Shown in pieces: positions 16,460 through 24,000 of a stretch of 24,000 nt of DNA (its first letter is position 1; each line of letters opens with the position of its first letter). Both the position numbers and the translations under genes were made by a program. The notes beneath the pieces were generated by a model that saw only the letters and a program-made list of their open reading frames with translations, had not been told where the DNA came from and did not search any database. The stretch is from Candidatus Woesearchaeota archaeon (GTDB lineage: Archaea > Nanobdellota > Nanobdellia > Pacearchaeales > GW2011-AR1): assembly GCA_964497435.1 (NCBI GenBank), contig CAZCCD010000006.1, positions 12,340 through 36,339 of the forward strand, in the 5' to 3' direction.

Positions 16460-16640
16460 TTATGGGAATAAAAAGAATAATTGATAAAGAAAATAAAAAT
16501 ATGGATATGAAATATAGTGAAGAGCTAAATGAAATAATAAGTATAAAATTATAATGATAAGTTAAGGTAATTAGTTAAATGTATTGTGTTAAAGTTTATA
16601 ATACAATATTATTATAATAACAGATTTTTAAACTCAAAAA

Positions 16641-19600
16641 ATGGTAAAAGACAGCAAACATTTAGTTGTGAAAAAATATCTTGAAAAACACTCTTTGGTA
16701 GAGAGTAATATTGTTTCTTTTAATAATTTCATAACCTATCGAATGCAGGAAATTGTTGACGAAATTGCCGAAACAATACAGGGTGATGATTTTGAGATTA
16801 AATTAGGGAAGATTGAAATTGGAAAACCAAAAATAATAGAGGCTGACGGCTCATCGAGTTTAATAATGCCTTCTGAAGCAAGGCTTAGAAATCTAACTTA
16901 CGCTTCTCCTATATTTTTAGAGATAACTGTAAAAAAAGACGGGCATATTGATTCAGAAATTGTTGAAATAGGAAAAATGCCTGTCATGGTAAGGAGTAAA
17001 ATATGCAACACCCATGGTTTATCACAAGAAGAGCTGATAAATAATTACATGGACCCATTAGATCCTGGAGGATACTTCATAATAAAAGGAAATGAAAGAG
17101 TAATGGTAATGGCAGAAGACCTTGCAGAAAACCAGCCATTTGTTGAACCTGATTCTAGAGGAAATTTAACATTGAAATTATTCTCGTCAAAAGGAACTTA
17201 TAGAATACCAACAACAATACACGAAAACAAAAAAGGAATTTTTGAGGTTGGTTTTGGAAAATTTAAAGAAATTCCGGCAATAATAGTCTTAAAGGCATTA
17301 GGGATGATACAAGAATCAGAAATTGCTAAATATATAGGTAAGGAAACAGACTCTGTAATAGTAAATCTGTATGAATTTGTAAATATAGCAAATAAAGAAG
17401 ATGCGATGATGCAGATAGCTGAAAAAACAAATCTTCAAGGCACAAAAAAAGAAATATTAGATAGAGTAAAACAAAGAATTGATTCGTATTTATTTCCTCA
17501 TATAGGCCAAAAAAAAGAGGACAGAACAAAAAAAGCCATAACCCTATGCAAGCTTATAAAACAATTCCTTATCTCAAAGGAAAATCCTGAACTTAGAACA
17601 GACAAAGATCATTATGCGAACAAAAGAGTGAGACTTTCTGGAGATCTTTTGGCTACCTTGTTTAGGGTTAACCTAGGAATTCTTATAAGAGACATACAAT
17701 ACTCTCTCCAAAAATCATCAAAAAGAAAAAAATTCTTCTCCATAAAAATAATTGCAAAATCAACTTTGTTTTCTCATAGAGTTGAGTCGGCAATAGCAAC
17801 AGGAAGCTGGACAGGAGAAAGATCTGGAATAACTCAAAACATGGACAAAACAAATTATCTCGCTACAATCTCGCAATTACAAAGAGTTTCGAGCATGCTT
17901 TCCAGTGAGCAGGAAAATTTTATGGCAAGAACACTTCATCCGACTCATTATGGAAGATTTTGTCCTATAGAAACGCCAGAAGGAACAGAAATTGGATTAA
18001 GAAAAAACCTAGCAATTTTAAGCAGGGTCTCCACAAGAATAGAATTAGATGAAGAAAAATTCCTTAAAGATTTACAAGCAATTGGAATAAAAATAGAAAG
18101 TGAATCAAAAAGTGGCGAAATAGACGTGTTCCTTAATGGAAAGTTTATAGGAAGTGTTGAAAATCCACGAGAATTTATTGCAATGATTAGGGAAAAAAGA
18201 AGGAGCAATAAACTTCCTCCGCAGTTAAATGTAAGAGACAATGAAAAGTTTCAGACTGTTCTCATCTCAACAGAACCAGGAAGAGTTTTAAGACCTTTAA
18301 TAATTGTTGATAACTGCTCTCCGAGATTGAAAAACGAGCACTTAATACAACTAGAACAGAACGAGATTGATTGGGAGTATTTAGTAGAAAAAGGAATAAT
18401 AGAATATCTCGACGCATCAGAGGAAGAAAATGCATTAGTGGCTCTTTATGAAGAGGAGTTAACTCCAGAGCACACACATATAGAAATAGATCCTATTGAT
18501 TTATTTGGAGTCGTTACTAGTTTGGTTCCTTATGCAAACCACGATCAAAGTTCTAGATTGAACAGAGGAAGCAAAACACAAAAACAATCTCTTGGAATTT
18601 ATGCTGCAAATTATTTATGTAGAATTGACACAGACGTCTCTATTTTACAATATCCTCAAAAGCCAATAGTAAAAAGTTTTGTTTATGACACTTTAAAAAC
18701 ATATCCTGCAGGACAAAACCTTATTGTTGCTATAATGACTTATGAAGGATATAATATGGAAGATGCTCTTGTATTAAACAAAGGAAGTTTAGATAGGGGG
18801 GTTGGAAGAAGTTTCTATTACAGGCCTTACTCTGGAGAAGAAATGCATTACGCTGGCGGATTAAAAGATGAAATTGTAATTCCTGAGAAAGATGCAGCAG
18901 GATATAAAACAGAGAGTAGTTACAGATCCTTGGAGAAGGATGGAATAACCTATCCTGAAGCCGAAATAAATGAAGGAGAAGTATTAATAGGAAAGGTTTC
19001 TCCTCCAAAATTCCTTTCAGAGGCAAGAGAAATTTCTGTTAAAACAAAGAAAGAATCAAGCATAACTATGAGGCAGGAAGAAAAAGGAATTGTAGAATCT
19101 GTTTTTGTAACAGAAGACAATGAAGGAAATAAAATAGTTCATGTTAAAACAAGAGATGAGAGAATACCAGAGCTTGGCGATAAATTCGCAACATCTCATG
19201 GTCAAAAAGGAGTTGTTGGTTTAATAGCTCCTGAAGAAGATATTCCTTTCACTGCAAGAGGCATGAAACCAGACGTAATTTTCAATCCTCATGGATTGCC
19301 GTCTAGAATGACGGTGGGCTATCTATTAGAGTTAATCGCAGGAAAAGTCGGATCTTTAAGAGGAGAAGTCATTGATGGAACATGTTTTAGTGGAGAGGGT
19401 AAAAAAGAGTTAGAAGAGCAACTTGAAGCCCTAGGTTTTAGATATGACGGAAAAGAGACAATGTACAACGGAATAACAGGAAAGAAATTTGAGACTAAAA
19501 TATTTGTTGGAAATCTTTATTACTTAAAACTAAAATATATGGTTGCGAATAAGTTGCACGGAAGGGCTTCTGGAAAAGTCGCGCTTTTGACTAGACAGCC

Positions 19601-19907
19601 TATAGAGGGAAGGGCCAAGGGCGGAGCTTTGAAGCTTGGGGAAATGGAACAACAAGTTCTTGTCGCGCATGGTGCATCTCTTTTGCTTAAAGAAAGATAT
19701 AGCTCTGATAAAGTCCTTCTTCCAATATGCACAAAATGCGGCTCTATAGGAATTGACGACAACATAAAGAAAAGAGTGATATGTCCTTCTTGTAACAGCG
19801 AAAAAATAGAATTTGTAGAAGTTTCATATGCATTCAAACTTTTGCTTGAAGAACTTCAAGGCCTACATATTCACACTTCATTTGAATTAAAAAATAAATA
19901 TGAATAA
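16641..19907 (+). CDS. rpoB: DNA-directed RNA polymerase subunit B, full-length (B''+B' in one ORF)
   Basis: 1088 aa. GRFCPIETPEGTEIGLRKNLA, GQNLIVAIMTYEGYNMEDALVLNKGSLDRG, HGQKGVVGLIAPEEDIPFTARGMKPDVIFNPHGLPSRMTVG, and C-terminal zinc site CTKCGSIG...CPSCNSEKIEF. Confidence 0.97.
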   Translation: MVKDSKHLVVKKYLEKHSLVESNIVSFNNFITYRMQEIVDEIAETIQGDDFEIKLGKIEIGKPKIIEADGSSSLIMPSEARLRNLTYASPIFLEITVKKDGHIDSEIVEIGKMPVMVRSKICNTHGLSQEELINNYMDPLDPGGYFIIKGNERVMVMAEDLAENQPFVEPDSRGNLTLKLFSSKGTYRIPTTIHENKKGIFEVGFGKFKEIPAIIVLKALGMIQESEIAKYIGKETDSVIVNLYEFVNIANKEDAMMQIAEKTNLQGTKKEILDRVKQRIDSYLFPHIGQKKEDRTKKAITLCKLIKQFLISKENPELRTDKDHYANKRVRLSGDLLATLFRVNLGILIRDIQYSLQKSSKRKKFFSIKIIAKSTLFSHRVESAIATGSWTGERSGITQNMDKTNYLATISQLQRVSSMLSSEQENFMARTLHPTHYGRFCPIETPEGTEIGLRKNLAILSRVSTRIELDEEKFLKDLQAIGIKIESESKSGEIDVFLNGKFIGSVENPREFIAMIREKRRSNKLPPQLNVRDNEKFQTVLISTEPGRVLRPLIIVDNCSPRLKNEHLIQLEQNEIDWEYLVEKGIIEYLDASEEENALVALYEEELTPEHTHIEIDPIDLFGVVTSLVPYANHDQSSRLNRGSKTQKQSLGIYAANYLCRIDTDVSILQYPQKPIVKSFVYDTLKTYPAGQNLIVAIMTYEGYNMEDALVLNKGSLDRGVGRSFYYRPYSGEEMHYAGGLKDEIVIPEKDAAGYKTESSYRSLEKDGITYPEAEINEGEVLIGKVSPPKFLSEAREISVKTKKESSITMRQEEKGIVESVFVTEDNEGNKIVHVKTRDERIPELGDKFATSHGQKGVVGLIAPEEDIPFTARGMKPDVIFNPHGLPSRMTVGYLLELIAGKVGSLRGEVIDGTCFSGEGKKELEEQLEALGFRYDGKETMYNGITGKKFETKIFVGNLYYLKLKYMVANKLHGRASGKVALLTRQPIEGRAKGGALKLGEMEQQVLVAHGASLLLKERYSSDKVLLPICTKCGSIGIDDNIKKRVICPSCNSEKIEFVEVSYAFKLLLEELQGLHIHTSFELKNKYE

Positions 19908-20175
19908 TATACGGAGAAAAACACCCCATAACAAGATGAAGAAAAAAAATGTGTTTAACATTTTATTTTGGATTTTATTAGCTATTGGTATAGGATTATT
20001 AATTTGGAAAATATTTGGAAACACTCCTAGCGATTTAACTATAATGCTAACTTTTACTTTAATGTTAATGTTTAAGATTTGGTCAGTTAGTGATGATTTA
20101 AAAGATTTCAAGCATAACGTTAAAATTTCATTTAATAATATGAGGAATGATTTTAATAAAGTAAAAATTCATTAA
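19900..20175 (+). CDS. Small predicted membrane protein (91 aa) between rpoB and rpoA
   Basis: Two hydrophobic segments, VFNILFWILLAIGIGLLIWKIF and LTIMLTFTLMLMFKIW. Overlaps the rpoB 3' end by 8 nt and precedes rpoA by 15 nt. Confidence 0.6.
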   Translation: MNNIRRKTPHNKMKKKNVFNILFWILLAIGIGLLIWKIFGNTPSDLTIMLTFTLMLMFKIWSVSDDLKDFKHNVKISFNNMRNDFNKVKIH

Positions 20176-20190
20176 CTAAGAAAAAATAAA

Positions 20191-23100
20191 ATGCAAAGCA
20201 ATCACAATTTAATTAAGAAAAAAATAGGAGAAATAAGGTTTTCTTTAGTAAGCCCAGAAAAGATAAAAAAACTTTCAGCGGCAAAAATTGTCACACCAGA
20301 GCTTTATGATATAGATGGATATCCTGTTGATGGAGGATTAATGGATTTAAGACTCGGTGCAATAGACCCTGGAGTAAGATGCAGAACATGCGGAGGAAGA
20401 TTAAAAGAATGTCTCGGACATTCTGGAAGTATAGATCTTGCAAGGCCGGTGATTCATTTAAACTATGTCCCTCTTATAGAGCTTGGATTGAGATGTTTCT
20501 GTCATTCATGCGGAAAACTAATGCTTGATGAAATTGATCTAAAAAAACACTCTCCAAGCCAAAGAGCCAAAAAAGCAAAAGACGCTAAAAGATGCCCTTA
20601 TTGTAATTCGGCAAATGAAAAAATTAAACTTGATAAACCAACTAGTTTCTACAAAGGAAAGACAAGAATATTCCCGACAGAGATTAGAGAAATCCTATCT
20701 TTAATACCTAACGAAGAATTGAAAAAAATTGGAGTAGATTCCTCAACATGCAGGCCAGAGTGGGCTGTCCTTACCTCTCTTTTAGTTCCTCCTGTAACTG
20801 TAAGACCAAGCATAATTCTTGAAACAGGAGAAAGAAGCGAAGATGATTTAACTCATAAATTATCTGATATAATTAGGGCAAATCAAAGGCTGTGGGAGAA
20901 TTTAAATGCAGGGGCTCCTGAAGTAATTATTGAGGATTTGTGGGACCTTCTACAGTATCATATAACGACTTTCTTTAATAATAATGTTGCCAGGATTCCT
21001 CCAGCAAGACATAGGTCAGGCCAGCCTTTAAAGACAATATCAGAAAGAATAAAAGGTAAAGAAGGAAGAATAAGAAAAAACCTTGCAGGTAAAAGAGTGA
21101 ATTATTCTGGCAGGACAGTTGTTTCCCCTGACCCATCTATAGAAATTAATGAAGTAGGAGTCCCTTATGAAATTGCAAGAGTCGTAACTGTTGCAGAAAC
21201 TGTAACAGACCTTAATATTGAAAGGCTCAAATCTTTAGTTATGAAAGGAGAGGAATATCCGGGGGCAAATTATGTAATAAGGCCTGATGGTAAAAGAAAA
21301 AAAATAACTCCTGAATTAAAAGACGAAATAATAAGTGAACTAAATACAGGATATCAAGTTGAAAGGCATCTTCAGAATGGAGATATTGTTTTATTTAACA
21401 GGCATCCAAGCCTTCATAAAGGAAGCTTAATGGCTCATTATGTTAAAGTCTTACCTGGAAGAACTTTTAGGCTTCATCCAGCTGTTGCTGCTCCGTATAA
21501 TGCTGATTTTGATGGTGATGAGATGAATATACACAGTCCGCAGAATGAAGAAGCAAGGGCAGAGGCAAAAGTTCTTTTGGATGTAAAGAAAAATTTAATC
21601 TCGCAAAAAAATAGCACGAACCAGGTAGGATGTGTTGTTGATTCAATTACAGGAGGGTATCTTCTTGGTCTAGACAAATTATCAAGAGAAGATGCAAACC
21701 AACTTATATACCAATCAAAAATAGAGGGTTTGTTTTCAAAAAAAACAGTTACTGGCCTTGAAGTATATTCAAAAATCCTCCCTAAACTTAATTTCAAGAA
21801 CAATTCAATATCAATTAAAGATGGAGAAATAGTTAAGGGAATTGTAGATAAAACACTCTTTGGAGAGGAAGATGGAGAATTAATAAGCGAAATTGATAAA
21901 ATAATAGGGAGAGTTGAAGCATTTGATGCGATAACCAAAGCATTTAACATTGGAAAAAATTATCTAAGCAACAAAGGAATTACAATATCTCTTGAAGACT
22001 TTAGCGTTGATGAAAAAATTATCTCTGAATCAGAAGATATAATAAAAAAGGCCGATAAAAAAACGCAGGAGATAATTGACTCTTGGAGAGACAACACTTT
22101 AGAGATTATACCTGGAAAAAGCGTAGAAGAATCAAGAGAAATAAAAATACTAAAAACTTTAAATGAAGTAAGGACGAGAATCGGTGAAATAGTAAAGAAA
22201 GAATTTCCTGAGGAAAATCCTGTAACACATATGATAAGATCAGGAGGAGGAGGAAATATATTAAATATAACTCAAATGGCTTGTTGTGTTGGTCAGCAAG
22301 ATCTTGAGGCTAAGAGAATCGATATTGGGTATACAGAAAGAACATTATCCTTCTTTAAAAAAGGAGATTTGTCTCCAAAATCCAGAGGATTCATTATAAG
22401 CCCTTTCATAAAAGGCTTAAGGCCTGATGAATTTTTCTTCGGAGCAATAACAGGAAGATCTACACTTATGGACACTGCCCTAAGAACACCAAAATCAGGA
22501 TACTTATATAGAAGACTCGCAAACGCTTTACAAGACTTAAGGTTAGAATATGATGAAACAGTAAGAGATAGTAATAATAATATAATACAATTTTTATATG
22601 GAGAAGATGGAATAGATGTCTCTAAATCCTATCAAAATGGGAAATTAGAACCTGGTGAAGCCATAGGAATAGTTACTGCTCAGTCATTTGGAGAACCATC
22701 AACTCAAATGGTATTAAGAACATTCCACTTTGCAGGAGTTTCTGAAATGCAGGTAACTCAGGGCTTGCCTAGGTTAATTGAAATATTTGATGCAAGAAAA
22801 AAACCTTCATCACCAAAAATGGAAATTTACCTTCAAAAAGAATATAATAATGAGAAAGATGTAAAAACATTTGCAGAGAAAATAAAAGAGGTCACAATAA
22901 GAGACATTGCCTCAGAAATTAATCTTAATTTTACTGATAAAAATATAGAAATCAAAATTGATAAGACTGGAATAAAACATAGCCATATAACAACCAAAAC
23001 TGTCGTCGAAAAATTAAAGGAGCTTGGTTTTAAAACAAGGGATAAAGATGGCTCAATAATAATCAATTCTAATGAAGAAAGTTTCAAGGAAATGTATCAA

Positions 23101-23688
23101 TTGAAAGAAAAGCTTAAAGATACCACAATTTCTGGAATTAAAGGAATAAAACAGATTTTAATTGTCAAAAAAGACAACATTTTTGTTATAATCACACTTG
23201 GAACTAATTTGAAGAAAATTCTTGAATTAAAAGAGGTTAATACAAATAGAACAATTTCAAATGATTTGCATGAGGTTGCAGAGGTTTTTGGTATAGAGGC
23301 TGCAAGGCAGTTAATAATTGACGAAATTAAAGAAGTTATAAAACCACAAGGACTTGATATAGATGACAGGCATCTTAAACTAGTTGCAGATGCCATGACA
23401 AATACAGGAGATGTAAAAGGAGTTACAAGAATAGGAATAATCGCACAAAAATCTTCTATACTTGCAAGAGCGACTTTTGAAACTCCTGTCAAACAGTTTG
23501 TCAATGCAACAATAAAAGGAAGCAAAGATAAACTTACAAGTGTTATAGAGAACATAATTCTAAATCAACCTGTGCCGATTGGGACGGGTCTCCCCGGATT
23601 ATTAGTCAAGGTCATAGGGCCTTTGAGCAAAAAAGATGAAGAAAAAAAGACGGCCAAAGAAAAAGTAATCGAAGCAGTTAGTAAATAA
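20191..23688 (+). CDS. rpoA: DNA-directed RNA polymerase subunit A, A' and A'' fused in a single ORF
   Basis: 1165 aa. A' features: CRTCGGRLKECLGHSG, AAPYNADFDGDEMNIHSPQ. A'' features in the same frame: LEPGEAIGIVTAQSFGEPSTQMVLRTFHFAGVSEMQVTQGLPRLIEIFDARKKPSSP. Confidence 0.95.
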   Translation: MQSNHNLIKKKIGEIRFSLVSPEKIKKLSAAKIVTPELYDIDGYPVDGGLMDLRLGAIDPGVRCRTCGGRLKECLGHSGSIDLARPVIHLNYVPLIELGLRCFCHSCGKLMLDEIDLKKHSPSQRAKKAKDAKRCPYCNSANEKIKLDKPTSFYKGKTRIFPTEIREILSLIPNEELKKIGVDSSTCRPEWAVLTSLLVPPVTVRPSIILETGERSEDDLTHKLSDIIRANQRLWENLNAGAPEVIIEDLWDLLQYHITTFFNNNVARIPPARHRSGQPLKTISERIKGKEGRIRKNLAGKRVNYSGRTVVSPDPSIEINEVGVPYEIARVVTVAETVTDLNIERLKSLVMKGEEYPGANYVIRPDGKRKKITPELKDEIISELNTGYQVERHLQNGDIVLFNRHPSLHKGSLMAHYVKVLPGRTFRLHPAVAAPYNADFDGDEMNIHSPQNEEARAEAKVLLDVKKNLISQKNSTNQVGCVVDSITGGYLLGLDKLSREDANQLIYQSKIEGLFSKKTVTGLEVYSKILPKLNFKNNSISIKDGEIVKGIVDKTLFGEEDGELISEIDKIIGRVEAFDAITKAFNIGKNYLSNKGITISLEDFSVDEKIISESEDIIKKADKKTQEIIDSWRDNTLEIIPGKSVEESREIKILKTLNEVRTRIGEIVKKEFPEENPVTHMIRSGGGGNILNITQMACCVGQQDLEAKRIDIGYTERTLSFFKKGDLSPKSRGFIISPFIKGLRPDEFFFGAITGRSTLMDTALRTPKSGYLYRRLANALQDLRLEYDETVRDSNNNIIQFLYGEDGIDVSKSYQNGKLEPGEAIGIVTAQSFGEPSTQMVLRTFHFAGVSEMQVTQGLPRLIEIFDARKKPSSPKMEIYLQKEYNNEKDVKTFAEKIKEVTIRDIASEINLNFTDKNIEIKIDKTGIKHSHITTKTVVEKLKELGFKTRDKDGSIIINSNEESFKEMYQLKEKLKDTTISGIKGIKQILIVKKDNIFVIITLGTNLKKILELKEVNTNRTISNDLHEVAEVFGIEAARQLIIDEIKEVIKPQGLDIDDRHLKLVADAMTNTGDVKGVTRIGIIAQKSSILARATFETPVKQFVNATIKGSKDKLTSVIENIILNQPVPIGTGLPGLLVKVIGPLSKKDEEKKTAKEKVIEAVSK

Positions 23689-23973
23689 TTAGTAAAATTC
23701 GGCTTTCTTGCAAAAAACACATCTGTAAACTTCACCAAGGATTTTTTCAACTCCTAGGAACATTCCTCCTTCAAACTCTAAGCTCAAACAATCGCAATTA
23801 GTGCAAATATATTTTCCATGGGAAGTTCTTGGCCTTTCTTCATTTAATTGTTGATTAACTTGTTTTATTTGTTGTTCATACTGTTGTATTTGAGATAATA
23901 ATTCTAATTTTCTTACTTTCCATTGACTAGGTACATCTTCACCAGAAACATTTTTATCAATAGCTTTAGACAT
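23689..23973 (-). CDS. Coiled-coil/zinc-ribbon hypothetical protein; start taken at the internal ATG (MSKAIDKNV...) rather than the track start at 23991
   Basis: KVRKLELLSQIQQYEQQIKQVNQQLNEE coiled-coil-like, then CTNCDCLSLEF...YRCVFCKKAEFY (two CxxC pairs). Convergent with and abutting the rpoA stop. Confidence 0.6.
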   Translation of the reverse strand: MSKAIDKNVSGEDVPSQWKVRKLELLSQIQQYEQQIKQVNQQLNEERPRTSHGKYICTNCDCLSLEFEGGMFLGVEKILGEVYRCVFCKKAEFY

Positions 23974-24000
23974 AATAAAGATAATTAACAAATATTTAAA

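Noticed and set aside
16462-16554. 30-codon ORF after rpoH (MGIKRIIDKENKNMDMKYSEELNEIISIKL)
   Set aside because: Too short and AT-biased to support as a gene; no match to small RNAP subunits such as RpoN/RpoP that I can recognise.
17326-19837. Multiple minus-strand ORFs antisense to rpoB (17326-17529, 17948-18241, 18262-18477, 18730-19026, 19520-19837)
   Set aside because: They lie entirely inside a strongly supported rpoB coding frame and have low-complexity or Phe/Leu/Ser-rich translations typical of antisense shadow ORFs.
21474-23555. Minus-strand ORFs antisense to rpoA (21474-21950, 22293-22475, 22833-23087, 23097-23555)
   Set aside because: Shadow ORFs opposite a conserved RNAP frame with no recognisable domains or independent promoter.

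Overview
AT-rich archaeal contig fragment, probably from a DPANN-type (Woesearchaeota/Pacearchaeota-like) genome. This assignment is inferred from archaeal rpoH-rpoB-rpoA order, an archaeal-type tRNA intron and TATA boxes about 25 nt upstream of start codons. From left to right it holds: (1) the 3' part of a secreted M64-like zinc metallopeptidase with two dockerin-like repeats; (2) a pterin-4a-carbinolamine dehydratase and a low-MW phosphatase/arsenate-reductase-like gene; (3) a divergent pair, one gene encoding a predicted HTH-TM-beta-propeller protein and the other a HELGH-motif protease-like protein; (4) a seven-gene co-directional deoxynucleotide block: nrdR, B12-type RNR, two DCD/dUTPase-family genes, thyA, folA and thioredoxin; (5) a tRNA-Lys(UUU) with a 106-nt intron; (6) a hotdog thioesterase and small genes, including a DUF4258-like/DUF2283-like pair; (7) rpoH, full-length rpoB, a small TM-protein gene, and a single-ORF rpoA fusing A' and A''. 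The observations most worth follow-up are: the compact fused RpoA with an apparently missing A'/A'' linker and a divergent bridge helix; the membrane-anchored HTH/beta-propeller protein divergent from a protease-like gene; a perfect inverted repeat flanking the putative nrdR TATA box; and the intron-containing tRNA-Lys. No CRISPR array, transposon or clear mobile element was seen. I did not find strong sequence evidence for a wholly new defence-type system.
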